A DNA stretch of 45,832 nt from Acanthaster planci (taxonomy: Eukaryota): NCBI RefSeq assembly GCF_001949145.1, contig NW_019091361.1:806001-851832 (forward strand), written 5' to 3'. Positions 23,175 to 36,866 of this stretch are shown one piece after another. Within the stretch, counting starts at the first letter, position 1; every line of letters begins with the position of its first letter. The notes under the pieces are model-generated. The model was not told the origin of the DNA. It saw only the letters and a list, made by a program, of their open reading frames with translations, and did no database searches. The position numbers were made by a program, and so were the translations under genes.

Positions 23175-24315
23175 CAAACTTTTCTACTTTCCCTTTCCCC
23201 TGCCTTTGAGGTGGTGTGAACATCCATCGTTGTACCACACATTTGTGCCGTAGCTGCACAATATACTTACGTTCAATTTCAATGTGCAACTTTTTAAATA
23301 TATGAAATTTCTAGGACGAGAAATAATTATCAATGCTTAAACAACTGTCTCTTTGCGGTATTATAGCAGCCATAAAACAGTCGTCGAATTACTTCCACCC
23401 ACCATTTAAAAAAGGTTTTGTCTTTTCTTCGTAGGAATTGGACAAAAAATCTTTCACAGCAAAACACTTTCCATTGCCTTCTGAAACAAAGTTTCTCATA
23501 GTAAACCGTGTTAAGTTAAGCAATGTTCAGCCTTAACCGAAAACGATAGCTGAGTTCGGACGGCTTGTTCTTGTATGTTCACGAACATCGTTAGATTTGT
23601 TGTTCGTGGGTCGGCCGCTCGACCGCCTGGACCAAACAACCGGTTATTATTGCTGCTACTTAGTGGCAAGTCACACGCATATGGTGGCGTCCATTTTACA
23701 TTACTTGAGAGTTAATGTTTGAACAGGATGAATTCTTCTCAGATTCTTGACTGGACATCGTCGCAATGCATCATTATCCACTTTAATCAGGAACATTCGT
23801 TTCTGTGTTGTGGAAAACAATTGATGTTAATTTTGCAAATCTTCTCACCGTCCTTGGCCTTGGAGGCCATTTCTCTACTTTTTGTAGCTGTTCAAAAATC
23901 TAAATCTCACGAGTTTTTGGTGGTGTGGGATCCTTTTCCGAGAACAGTGTTCTTGATTAGTGTTCCCGCATCGGATTCTGCGCAGGAATAAGAGATGACC
24001 AAGTACTTTTACACAGAGATCATAAACTATTTTGATCTCTGATATGGAAGCGACGTCCTTTAGGTGCGTGCACAAGTTTATGTGCGTTCGGTGCACAGGC
24101 AGTAGCCGATTTTACGAAACTTTTCACAATGGCGTATCTACATGGACTACAGGCTCGTTAGTAAAACTATCCCATTTTCCTCTGAGTGCCACAAAATTGT
24201 GCGATTATGTCAATTTTATAAACATGAATACGAAATGTTTGATTTGGAATTGCTGATAGGCCTATGAGTTAACCCGTGGTTATATTCGCTCCTATACAGG
24301 AGGCAAACGTTGGTC

Positions 24316-27025
24316 ATGGCATCAGTTGACTCATCAACCCCACTCCCTGATTTGAACGACAGTGACACAAGCTCGGGCCTAGAGATAGTTATCGATCCTG
24401 TCTACGGCAAGCCCATGCAAAAAGGCATCGGCATTGTCACCTTTGTCATCGTCGCTGTCGGTCTTGTGGCCAACTCGGCTGTCATCTATGTCGTAATGCG
24501 ACACCGTGACATGCACACCACTTCTAACTTTGCCTTCGCTAATCTGGCTCTTACCGACATTCTTTTGCTTATTTGTCAAGCGTTGTCCTCCTCCCTGGAT
24601 ATTTTTGGCGTTGGTGTGTCGGTATACCTCAACTGCTGGCCGACATTCTACTCTCGATACGTACGTAAAACTATTTATGTTTGAAGGTCTAGAGGGCGTA
24701 CTCTGTTCGTTGATTTAAAGCTGGCGTTAAATAAGTGCTTCAAAAAGACCACATGGATTCCCTTTTCCGATTATATGGACTGCTTCGAGTGGTATATGGT
24801 AAAAATGGTAAAACTAGTCTCTCAAGGTAATTCGTTGTAATTCAAATTTGGAAATCATAGAGTAATAAATCATTAGAGTGGCCACCCACGGTATAGCCTT
24901 GCTCAAGGCGTTCGTCGTTAGCCACACAGTACTGGCTAGTCTTGCACCAAGACTGGTTTTACTGTTTTGGCCAGTGAACCTTACAGGCGACATACGGTGG
25001 CGAGCTCAGCTGAATAGTGTTATACCAGTAGAGCACGCTATATTTATCAGGGGCGAATTGCTTGAAAACCAGTCTTGTAGAATCTGGCAGGAGGCCGTGT
25101 CCGAATTAACTTGGCCGTGGCCTGAAATTATGCATGAGTCTGTGGAAGTGGCCACAGACAGTTCTCATAGGCTGTGTCCGAATCCCTCCGCTACGGCTGG
25201 AAATTACGCATGATTCTATGGCAGTGGCTGCGGTCAGTTCCTTCGGACACGACCTGTTTAAATAGAGTCGTGTGTAATTCCAAGCCATAGCCAAGTAATT
25301 TGGACACTGCCTTTATCCAAAAAAGTCCGAAAATATCTCACGCCCTCAAGTTACCATGAATAATTGCGCATGCACACTGCTGCCGAAAACCACAGTTTCC
25401 ATGGTCTTCGGCAGTGCGTACGTGCAATATGGGCATTTCAGTGCACGAAATCTGTCGACCCAACGCGCGTTTGGAAACAGTCGACAGATTTTGAGCACTA
25501 TGATTGGTGAAGAAATAATGTTTTGTTTTAAAGTATCTCATAAGAAAGAACAAGAGAATGTATATCTCGTACAAACGAACTCTGGAAAATGTATCTCATG
25601 AAAACGAAGTTGTAAAAAATATATTTCATAAACATAAAATTCGAAAAACATACTTTCTTTGTTGAAAATTTGTACTTGATGGCACCACAGGGCTCCCGTC
25701 AGCGTGCAGTTTTGGGGTACGTTGCACTTCTATCATATCCAGCTCTGAAAGCTCTGGTACCCAACTCGAGATCTTGTTTTGTACTTATAAGGAAAGCTAG
25801 GAGTTCGCTACTTTCCTCCGACATAAAGCAAGCGAAACAAAAGCCATTTTTATAGTCTGCCGGGGACTAGCTCGCCTCGACAATTAGGTTTTAAAAGTTC
25901 CAGTGCCGTTTCCACTATTCACTTTCAAACCTTGTTATAGAGTAGACGTATTAATCTTTATAAGTGCAACACTACAAATAATTTTAATTAAGAGTAACAA
26001 AAAATCCAGTGGTGAAGTATGAACCCCATTCTAACAACTCCTAGCGATGACAACCTATACCGCATATCCTATACTGAAGGTTAACTGCGCCCTCAATGCT
26101 TTTTGACGTATACTAGGTGGTTGGCGAGGCCACGGCTCTGACCTTGGCGATGATGTCATACGACCGATGGAGACTAGTTGCTTACCCACTGGAGGCCGTG
26201 AAGCACGCCCGAAGACGCAAACGGGCCTTTCTGTTCGGTGTATTGATGCTTTGGACCGGTGAGGGACATCAAGGCGTAATTAAGTAGAAAAATAAGCAAC
26301 CAAATACAAAACCAAGTCAAAATGAAAAAAGTATATATTTTGAATTAATATTGTTTCGATGGGGGACAATATTTTGTTGACGCTTTTAACTCTTTGACTG
26401 TTACTTTTTTCACCCCACAGCTTCACTTGTCCTGTATTCTCCCGTCACCAAATACGCGATTAAGGCCACAGCTGATCATTCGAACTTACCCCGCCGCTTT
26501 ATCTATTGTACCATGTATTTCCCTTGGGAACACGGTCTGAAGCTTTTCGAAACCTTTACTGCGACTTGTACGTACATCATTCCACTGATCTTCATTTCTA
26601 TATGCTACCTGAAGATTTGGCTTAAACTTCGAGAGAAGAAACCAGGCCAGGATAGGGCCGGCATGAACTCCAGTTCTCGACGCATGCGCCGAACCCTCCG
26701 TTTAATCTTAATCGTAATCGTAGCTTTTGCATTGTCATGGTTGCCCTTTCGAGTATTTATTATTTGGGTTGTATGGGATCCTTCGTTTCTGGCAACTACG
26801 AGCATTTTTCAAATCTTTTTAGCTGTTTCGGGTTTAATCCTTTACTTGAATAGCGTCATCAACCCTTTCATATACCCGTTTGCCGGTACCGGTTTTAGGA
26901 AGCACATTCACTGCCTGCGCACCCGAGAACAGACGCCTACATCAAGAACAACCAAGATGTCTGCCGTGGCAGCCTCATCTTCGATTAAGAACACAAACGT
27001 GATGAGTCTGAGTGTAATCAGCTAA
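24316..27025 (+). CDS. Class A GPCR, kisspeptin receptor (GPR54)-like, copy 1; join(24316..24660,26117..26258,26421..27025), 363 aa
   Basis: GT-AG introns in phase 0 and phase 1 give a complete 7TM frame with GLVAN, NLALTD, TM3 Cys, SYDRW..V.YPL, ECL2 Cys, YIIP, SWLP and NSVINPFIY. The DRW motif and the middle-exon boundaries resemble KISS1R. The ligand is unknown. Confidence 0.9.
25093..25254. mobile_element. Small MITE (GGCCGTGTCCGAA...TTCGGACACGACC) in the GPCR intron; homolog at ~39110-39272
   Basis: 13-bp imperfect terminal inverted repeats with internal repeats of the same motif. Confidence 0.5.
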
Positions 27026-28606
27026 ATGTCAACCAAGCTGCAACACGACTCTCTTTGCTTAACTTAGTCACGAAGTGTGCCTAGAGTCGAATCAAGTTCA
27101 ACTGTACCTCTGTCAAGGACAACGTCAATGTCCTAGCCAGGCAAGTCACTGTGATACCTTTCCTGGGAATTCCAACAAAAAGATCACCACGGTTCTTATG
27201 TTCTACAGTCACTGTTTGCTTAAATTACAGCACGTACATGCACGTACACTGTTAAAAATTGTGTTGTGCTCAATGCGTTTTCTGTAAAATGTATCAGAAA
27301 TTAACAGAGAATCTTTGTAACGGGCGTAACAAATTAATTGTAAATCACTGCACAGTGATTTTTGTGTGTTACAACAGAACCCACGTAAAATGTTTTGTAA
27401 ATTTACAGTTTTCCTCTGTAATATGAATTAACATAAATTTGCATATTGAATTTGGTGAAGAAAACCAGTCTCATAAAGTTTTCTCGTGTTTCCCGTTATT
27501 GCGATATTTCCCATCGTCTTGCGTTCCAAAATATAAGAACTGCTAACAAGTATGTTTTTGACCTACCATCCAGCCAACTGTGACTAAATTTGAAAGAAAA
27601 AGCGATGCACATGTAAGTGAGCTGCGTGCCATTATAGATTAGTCTAGGAGCAACCATGTAAATGTACATATGTGTATATTACTTCTGCATAGGGAAAGCA
27701 TGAGTTTGCCGACCAGATCGGTTCATAGGCTTATATGAGGTAAGATTTCTTTCGTATATGGCATTTTCTGAAACAAAAAGATAGAGATAATAATTTACTC
27801 TCCACCATTGGCTAATAGGAACGCAACTTTAACGTCAGCACACTAACATCAAAGTCTAGACCGCAACCATTGACCCTGGCATAGATGCTGTACATCATGG
27901 CTAATGATAGGTTAACCAATGATGCTATACCTCGATTAAATACGATTGGTCCAAAAAGACAAATTGACCGTCGTCGACTGGTGTGTAGGACAGATGAGGA
28001 CATTTGGATTTGACTGTCTATCGAACTTGTTAGTTGCGGTAGATCGTCCTATGAGGCTGCTACACCAATTAAGCTTTTTACACTGCCAGTTTGTGAGAGT
28101 CACTAAAGTATAGAATTATGGCTAGACTACTTTTCACAAGCATAAATTCGTCAAATCTGAAGTACGCCAACACATTAAATGACTCAGATGTTTTCTTGTA
28201 ATCCATTATCATTCAAAACTGCAAGACACGCCATAATTAGCAGTTCCAAAAAGTTTCAAGGTAGCTTAGCGGGGATGAAAGTGGGGCGTTAAAATACTAC
28301 TTGTTTGCGCTTAGATTCATGTTTAAAATGTTCAATGTTCTTAATTATGTGTAATACTGTTGTATGTACATTTAAAACACATGACACCTGGTTAGTTTTA
28401 ATGCACTAAATGTACCTGCGCAGGATCCTTCAATCAGTTATAAAAATCAGATGAAAATTATTGTGTTTGAATATTCGGAAAACTTCTCTGAATGATAACA
28501 TGAAATATCTGCGGAAATATCTACCATCATTTTTCTATAAAAGGCAATCTTTTATCTGTCTCAGTAAATAATACTGCATCTAACTGTTCATCGAAATACT
28601 TAAGCT

Positions 28607-28765
28607 CAATACGGGCGATTCACAGTAGTGCACCTTCAAGAGTTTGCAATGCGTTGGCCAATCACAGTGCGCGAAATTAAATATGGGTCGACAGATTTCG
28701 CGCGTTGTGATTTGCCAACGCGTTGCAAACTCTGGGAGGCGCACTATTGTGAATCGCCCGTATTG
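28607..28765. mobile_element. Fold-back MITE (CAATACGGGCGATTCACA...TGTGAATCGCCCGTATTG)
   Basis: Arms are inverted over almost the whole length. Related copies at 42726-42854 and 33309-33383 (truncated by the gap). A related core lies near 25440-25510. Confidence 0.8.
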
Positions 28766-29671
28766 CAGCAATTTGTCTTTTCATGAAAACATTTTCAAGG
28801 GGGAAATCAAATTCAATTCTAGACCTTGGCAACTTTTTCTTTACTAAAAACAAAGAGAACCACCAGTTTAGATGGACAAATGCACATCACCGTATAAATA
28901 TCATAAACGTGTTTATCTTTAAAGGCCGATTTGGTTTGACACCAGACTCATAAGTGTATACAGCCCTGCTGGTCCTGAGAGACGACTCTGCATACACGTA
29001 TTTGTACTGTAATCTTCGCACTACTGTCTTCTTTGTTATTTGAATCAAGTAATTCTGTATTAATACGAAATTAACTTGTGTTACTAATTATCACTAATCA
29101 CCAATGTATGAATAAAAAATCTGGACGAAAATAAATATACCCAGCTTGATGCTGTACGTCTGAGGTTTTGGGTTTACTAAAACACGCACAGAGAAGAGAG
29201 TACGACTTGTCACAAGCAGTTAAATGGTCCTTCCGACCGCGACAGATGTCACAGAAAGTGAGCGGCGGGTAGGGATTGGGGAATGTATTCAACGCGTGTG
29301 ACACTACTCGTCGACTTTTTAAAAGTATAATTTTGCTATCGCTCGTGTGATGATATCCACTGTAACAGCCCAAGTCAATTCAAGACTTTTATCACGAAAT
29401 CTCATTGTCTTAACCTTCTGCTGTATGGTGTGCGTTCGATAGTCTCAACATCGCTCTCAACGGTATCTTTGCTACGTTTCTGTAACCTTGTGGTGCTGTT
29501 CATTCAGTGTAATTTAACGCAAATGCAAACATACATTATGCGTTTCACAACCACTTAACTTAAGTCCAGAAGCATCAAATACCAAACCATTGGCAACAAA
29601 TGCACAACGGTATCGAGGAGACTGAAAGTAAGCTGAACTGAATCTGCATAGTGGGAACTACTCTACCAACC

Positions 29672-29877
29672 AACGGGAGATTATGAGACGCTGGTGGGAG
29701 CAGACATACCGGCCCTTTCTCAAGGTGTTGAGCGTGCTCAGAACTTTGCACGCATGCTCAAAAAAACGAGCGCATGCTCAAAACCACTGGCCTCTATTTT
29801 ATTATAGAGATCAGTGCTGAAAACTGGTAAAAAGGACCAGTATGTTTGTCGCCACCAAGCGTCTCGAATTCTCCGTT
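29672..29877. mobile_element. MITE with ~45 bp imperfect TIRs
   Basis: gagacgctggtgggagcagacataccgg matches the reverse complement of ccagtatgtttgtcgccaccaagcgtctc. Confidence 0.55.
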
Positions 29878-29925
29878 CTGTATAGTTACTGCACTGACTT
29901 CACTTCCTTGGCAGCATCTCTCGAC

Positions 29926-30172
29926 GGGTCCAAATTACATGGCAATTAAATAATTGGGCTGCTTAAACACAAAATCTGTTTAAGAGCGAAAAAACCTAAC
30001 TTAAAAACAAAGGTTACCAGGTCAAACTCTATCTGATAGCCAAAAGACAGCTAAATTCGATCCCAAAACAATAATACATCACATGGATTTGGGCTGGTTA
30101 CCTGATTTATCAAGCAAGGTTTTCTCGCGCTTAAGCAAATTTTGTGCTTAAGCAGCTCTATGAAATTTGCCC
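29926..30172. mobile_element. Second copy (inverted) of the 5431-5653 MITE family
   Basis: The end gcttaagcagctctatgaaatt is shared. The reverse complement of the interior aligns with 5431-5653. Confidence 0.75.
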
Positions 30173-31124
30173 CCCCCGGCCGGTATTGGCAGCAAGTACG
30201 GTAAACGCAGTTTACTACACCTCATAAATATTCATGAGCAAATCGGAGCACGTCATTGGCCGATTCCACCTCGTGTCTGGGAAATAATACGCCCCCAATT
30301 GACGTCATACTGGTGAGTATCCACCTCGCTGCCGTGCGGTAATTTTTTTTGGTAGCATCAAAAAATCTCTCTGGAGCCCGCCGCGTAAAGATGTAGTTTG
30401 TATCATTTAATCTTTACGTAACCAGTCTGGATATGTATCCTTATAACTATTACAGTAAAGAACCAAAGCGTATGTCTGAACATGACCTTATTGTGCTGAA
30501 TAAAATTCAAAATCAATGAAAGCAGTTATTGACAAGGCAGGTCAGTGAGGCTCCCGAAAAAATACAGTCAGACAAAAAAACTGGATTTTGAAGAGGTTTC
30601 TCATTCAGAACTTGAAGAATTAAACATTTCATTGAATATTTATGACATGCAGTAAAACAAATACAGCACGGAAATAGTGGCAATTATACTGGTCCCGAGG
30701 TGCCGGTGTAGGTCAGTTTGACTACCTTCCGATGTACTACTTCCCCTAAAACCACGCTGTATTTGTATAACACTGGCTCTCACGTTATTTTCAGTCGCAG
30801 TGATCATGTTCTGGGGCAGCTTCTTACGTTTCCATACCGTACCCAAGCTAAACAAATGGACTACACGCATAATGTGTAGCTATACAATGAATTTCGGGAC
30901 TTTTCTTAAACTTTGTGTTCTTCTTCAGAGTACGAAAATTCTCTTACATTCCTATTCGGTTAAACGCGTTGAAAAGTGCACTTCTTGTTGCTTGTTGCTA
31001 TTCACATGAACAAACCCATGAACAAAATCGCAAAAACCTTGATGAAAAAAATTGCTCTGTACACGCGTTATGTATGATTCCTACTGCAACCAATCATTTG
31101 CTGCCCCTTTGGGTTATTTTCCCA

Positions 31125-32015
31125 NNNNNNNNNNNNNNNNNNNNNNNNNNNNNNNNNNNNNNNNNNNNNNNNNNNNNNNNNNNNNNNNNNNNNNNNNNNN
31201 NNNNNNNNNNNNNNNNNNNNNNNNNNNNNNNNNNNNNNNNNNNNNNNNNNNNNNNNNNNNNNNNNNNNNNNNNNNNNNNNNNNNNNNNNNNNNNNNNNNN
31301 NNNNNNNNNNNNNNNNNNNNNNNNNNNNNNNNNNNNNNNNNNNNNNNNNNNNNNNNNNNNNNNNNNNNNNNNNNNNNNNNNNNNNNNNNNNNNNNNNNNN
31401 NNNNNNNNNNNNNNNNNNNNNNNNNNNNNNNNNNNNNNNNNNNNNNNNNNNNNNNNNNNNNNNNNNNNNNNNNNNNNNNNNNNNNNNNNNNNNNNNNNNN
31501 NNNNNNNNNNNNNNNNNNNNNNNNNNNNNNNNNNNNNNNNNNNNNNNNNNNNNNNNNNNNNNNNNNNNNNNNNNNNNNNNNNNNNNNNNNNNNNNNNNNN
31601 NNNNNNNNNNNNNNNNNNNNNNNNNNNNNNNNNNNNNNNNNNNNNNNNNNNNNNNNNNNNNNNNNNNNNNNNNNNNNNNNNNNNNNNNNNNNNNNNNNNN
31701 NNNNNNNNNNNNNNNNNNNNNNNNNNNNNNNNNNNNNNNNNNNNNNNNNNNNNNNNNNNNNNNNNNNNNNNNNNNNNNNNNNNNNNNNNNNNNNNNNNNN
31801 NNNNNNNNNNNNNNNNNNNNNNNNNNNNNNNNNNNNNNNNNNNNNNNNNNNNNNNNNNNNNNNNNNNNNNNNNNNNNNNNNNNNNNNNNNNNNNNNNNNN
31901 NNNNNNNNNNNNNNNNNNNNNNNNNNNNNNNNNNNNNNNNNNNNNNNNNNNNNNNNNNNNNNNNNNNNNNNNNNNNNNNNNNNNNNNNNNNNNNNNNNNN
32001 NNNNNNNNNNNNNNN
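31125..32015. other. Assembly gap (N run)
   Basis: Run of n. Confidence 1.
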
Positions 32016-32301
32016 ATGGATAGCGGTAGGAATCTTCGGGGGAGCAAGCACTTTTTTTGGAGGGAAAGCCGCGAAATGACTTCATTCGGTAGGAGGAGGT
32101 CAGTTCTGAGGTATTGTAAAGCGTTCCCATCATCTTTCATACCATTTGTTGGTTTTGCTCGCTTTTTTCTGTTATTCATTCTTTTTGGGGGGGGCACTTT
32201 TGTCCCCTGCGACGTCTGTGCTGGGTTCCCCTGAAGATGTTTTGAACTTATCTCGACAGCTGCCCATGTTCAATTGCGATCCTCTTCACATTTGATTTTA
32301 C

Positions 32302-33204
32302 CATAGAGGAAGGACACAGAAGGAGTTTGAACTGCACATCTAGCCAATTACTGCTTTCTGGCATGCCTTGTATGTCCATAGCCAGAGCGCAGAGAAAGCT
32401 TGCTACGTACCCTCTGTTAGAACCACGAAACCCCTTTGTGCCCTATGATCGCTGCGCCACTTTGTCACTGGTAATCTACATCTTTAAAACTTTATGCACT
32501 GAGGCATAGGAAATTGAATATTCATGTCTTTGTTGGTGCTTGGTATGATCTCATGACAACATCAAATTTAATGCTTGCGCAGTTGCTTGCATTATACGCT
32601 GTGTGCCCTAAATCTATATGTGCAGTCGTTGCCCTTAATGAGCTCTTTCTTCTGGTGTTATTTTGGAATAAATAACCCGGTTATTTACAATTTTTTTTTG
32701 TTTTGTTTGAATCATTTTTATTATGGCATTTACACAAAAGCGTATTTTGTGAGATTTCATGATCACTACCTCTGATGAAATAGCACACTTTGTTAATTAT
32801 GAACTTAGCTTTGCAGTAAAAGTCAACATTTTGTCGGCCAGTCTTAGCCAATTTCGAACAAGTCTTTGAAAACTGATGTGTTGGAGGGAGGAGAATAAAA
32901 TTACAAACTTTGCATAGATAATGGAACAGTGTGTCAAAATGTTAAGAAAATTATTTACGATGGCAAAAGTAGGTGTAATATCAGGGATTTCTCTTTATTT
33001 CCTGGCAACAGCAATAATTTGTGTTTCATTGCAAGCAAAAGACTATAAGTATTGCCAAAATATTACTGACCCTGTCCGGCTAAGATGCAGGCAGTAATCG
33101 GGCATTTTGGGAATGTTTTCTACTATTCGTCTGACTCGGCAGGGACCATCATTGAACACTTTGAATTGCTAGAGTTGCATCTCCTTCTGTGTCCTTCCTC
33201 TTTG
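32302..33204. mobile_element. ~900 bp non-autonomous DNA transposon
   Basis: Perfect 21-bp inverted repeat AGAGGAAGGACACAGAAGGAG (32305-32325) / CTCCTTCTGTGTCCTTCCTCT (33181-33201). AT-rich non-coding interior. No clear TSD. Confidence 0.7.
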
Positions 33205-33383
33205 CTGATAGTATGCAGATCGACCTGACAAGATTTACCCAATGCATATCGGATGGATGAAGGAAATTTATTCATGGTCCAAAGATTTGAAATATGAACT
33301 TTCTAAAGATTCACAATAGTGCACCTCCGAGAGTTTGCAATGCGTTGACCAATCACAAAGCGCGAAATCTGTCGACCCTTTCG

Positions 33384-34007
33384 NNNNNNNNNNNNNNNNN
33401 NNNNNNNNNNNNNNNNNNNNNNNNNNNNNNNNNNNNNNNNNNNNNNNNNNNNNNNNNNNNNNNNNNNNNNNNNNNNNNNNNNNNNNNNNNNNNNNNNNNN
33501 NNNNNNNNNNNNNNNNNNNNNNNNNNNNNNNNNNNNNNNNNNNNNNNNNNNNNNNNNNNNNNNNNNNNNNNNNNNNNNNNNNNNNNNNNNNNNNNNNNNN
33601 NNNNNNNNNNNNNNNNNNNNNNNNNNNNNNNNNNNNNNNNNNNNNNNNNNNNNNNNNNNNNNNNNNNNNNNNNNNNNNNNNNNNNNNNNNNNNNNNNNNN
33701 NNNNNNNNNNNNNNNNNNNNNNNNNNNNNNNNNNNNNNNNNNNNNNNNNNNNNNNNNNNNNNNNNNNNNNNNNNNNNNNNNNNNNNNNNNNNNNNNNNNN
33801 NNNNNNNNNNNNNNNNNNNNNNNNNNNNNNNNNNNNNNNNNNNNNNNNNNNNNNNNNNNNNNNNNNNNNNNNNNNNNNNNNNNNNNNNNNNNNNNNNNNN
33901 NNNNNNNNNNNNNNNNNNNNNNNNNNNNNNNNNNNNNNNNNNNNNNNNNNNNNNNNNNNNNNNNNNNNNNNNNNNNNNNNNNNNNNNNNNNNNNNNNNNN
34001 NNNNNNN
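33384..34007. other. Assembly gap (N run)
   Basis: Run of n. Confidence 1.
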
Positions 34008-34380
34008 TAAGTATGAAAGAGAAGCGTTGCGAAACTGTAAATCAAGTCACTCTGTCGGGCAATAATTAAACAACTGTAACTACACTGTAAGAAAGAGAAG
34101 GGTATTTCGTTATTCAGCTTCACTGTGCAGAAATCATCGCTTTTAGTTAGAAGAGGCGTAACATGTATGGAGGGTCACGGGGCTGGGGCACGTGCCCCCA
34201 ATGGAGGTCCATGCTCCCGGGTATCCCCACACTGAATCGTTGAAATGTACACAGCGTATAATAAATATGCACTAGCCGCAATTCATCGGCTTTTGTGCAC
34301 CCTTGAAATAATGCGCGCATCTCCCAGGTTCCCCTACCAAATGTCAACCTACTTACGCCTCTGTTCATTAGTATACCTTT

Positions 34381-36132
34381 GTGTGCTGGACTCAGTTGTT
34401 GTTTTAATGGTGTTTTCAGCTACTATTTTTCAGCGAAGCTATTTGCGTCAATAACTAGGCTTATACGCTTATCCATAACCCTTCTTAATCAGCATCACCT
34501 GACGGAGTTAGGAAGAAGGTCCAGTTTTTAGAGGCAGGAGGAAACCGGAGAAAACCTGTGAAAGCGAGTATGGATTGGAAACGAAATGCACTTAAAGCCT
34601 GGGGTAAACTGGGACTCCAACCAGGGCCTCATTGGTGCAAGGCGAGGAGAACCATTACGCTAACCCACTCCCCCAATGTTGCACTCGAGTGGAGAGCTGG
34701 GTTATAAAAGTAACCCGGAGGCGGTGGAGCATAAAACGGTATTCGCAGGTCGTGTAACGGTTGCACATGGCATGAAGGTGTTGGATCCTGTGGTGGTGCA
34801 GGGATGCAGGATTGGCGGGAAACCTTGAGTTCGGGAACAGGGGACCCTTATGCCAAGAGGGGAAAGGGGGTTATGTGGCTTCGGGTAGAGAAGACCCTAT
34901 CGCCTGGAGTGGGTGGTATGGGTTTCGGGTACAGGGGACCCTACTGCCAAGGATGGGAGTGGTCTTGAGGTGCTAGTAGTGGGCGCCAGATATCGCTTAG
35001 CCTGCAACAGATGTCTTTGTGCGGTTTGGTTTGGCGTGGCGAAAGGTGTGGTGGATCCTGACGTGAATGTCATCGGCTGTGGTCTTGTTGAGCTTGCGTA
35101 GTGCTGGTTCTGTGGCTTGGATGATGTCGGCTAAGGGGATGAAGTGTGATGGAGTGGCGAAGTTCATGCCTCGGAATAGGACATCCGTCTCCGTGGTTGA
35201 TGGGTGCGTTGGCTGGGGTTGACCACGGTGTGTCTGCAGAGTTCGTCTTGGCTACGGAAGTGGACTGGAAGGGGTGCGAATGACGATCACCTTCGAGATA
35301 TAGGAGATCCCTATAGGTTCGTAGTGTTGGAATGAAGATATTGATGATCTCATCTTCCAATAGAAAACAACCCCCGATATGGCTGTGCTATGTTGACATC
35401 ACATTCGTTATGGCCCCATGAATAAGATTGTTTTCACGAAATCCTCGAGTATCTCAATGAGCAACACCCCACCATCAAGTTCACCACGGAACAAGTACAA
35501 GAAAGACAACTCTCCTTCCTGGATGTCAACCTATTCAGGAACCCAGACGGCACCCTTAACCACCGTGTCCACAGCAAGCCCATCCACACCGAGTGGTACC
35601 TACACCAGAGATCCTTTCACCACCCAGCCATCAAGACCTCAGTCAACCGTACCCTTGTCCGCAGAGCCTTTGAGATCTACGACCAGAGCCAAGAACTCCA
35701 GCACATCAAGACCACCCTGCAAATGAACGGGTACCACCACAAGCGCATCAGCCTTTCCAAGCCCCCTCCAAGGGCGCTAGGTTCTCCTATACCCAAAGCC
35801 CCCTTTTCTCCAGCGGTGTTATGGTCGCTTATACCAGAAGCCCCCCCCCCACAGTATGTCTACCGTACCTGGGCCCCACTTCCCACCCACTCCACAGTAT
35901 CCTGCACTCGACCAACATCTTAGTCTATCACTCGGCACTCAACAAGCTGCAGTCTGTACTCTACACCCCAAGGACAAGCACCCACCCAGCAGTCGCCCCG
36001 GTGTTTATCGCATTCCATGTAAATGCGGCCAAGCAGACATCGGAGAAACCGGCAGGAACCCTCCCCACCAGGCTCCAAGAGCACCGCGCGCAAGGCCATC
36101 GTCAAACATGCATACCCCTCGGACCACCGCAT
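34381..36132. mobile_element. Decayed Penelope-like retroelement (copy 2) with the same SINE insertion
   Basis: WLCYVDITF, HPTIKFT and PGVYRIPCKCGQADIGETGR on plus; N-terminal part on minus. The hammerhead-bearing end is absent. Confidence 0.85.
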
Positions 36133-36866
36133 AAAGGAGGACGATACGCCCATGCGCAGCAAACTGACAAACCATAAACAGTGGACGGGGTTAATTCTGA
36201 GGTATTTTCTAATTGATGATTATTATGAATGATTCTTTATCAATGCAGGTAACAAAAACCTGGAACAGTTGGCAATGCCACTCGGTGCCCCATCCACCCT
36301 TGGCCACTCAACTGTGCGGGCGTACAGTTAAAAAAAGGAAAGACATGCAATCACGCTGAATTTGCCATTTTGAAAATTGGAACGAAAGTTTCGTGCGTAT
36401 TCAATTACCAATGTCAGTTTAATTCAATTTCTACACTACCAGTGCAACTACCTGTACTTGGATGCGCTGATACCGTGAACTTTTCAAAAGTTATTGACCC
36501 CCGAGGAGTGGCCTACATGGAGTACACAGTGCTGGGGGCACTCAGTGGATTTGGTCACGGTTCAAACGCTTACCCAGGCGGATTTTCTGAGAAAGCGCCC
36601 GGGTCTCAAGCGGGGAGGGGGCGCTCCCCTTCCCCATCTTACGCCACCATTTGCCGTCAATAATGAAAGCGACAAATGCACTTCCGAAGAAAGGAGACTT
36701 TGAAGTGATTTTTTAAAGGCAATTTGATGTCTTTACAAGCAAAAAGGGCTTAACTGAACACTGTCAAGGTTGTTACTGATTGGTGGAAGAGACCGTTTAG
36801 GAGATTTGTTACCGCCATATCAAATTAATATCTAATCAACCTGTGATAATGCTCCAAGCAGGCCTG

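Larger units (their letters stand above)
19772..31124 (+). repeat. Duplicated block, copy 1 (ends at an N gap)
   Basis: Collinear with 34009-45577, apart from large indels (e.g. ~29213-30765 present only here). The true outer limits are hidden by gaps. Confidence 0.95.

Noticed and set aside
30915..34123. Long ORFs of 238-439 aa in the ORF track
   Set aside because: Artefacts of translating N gaps.
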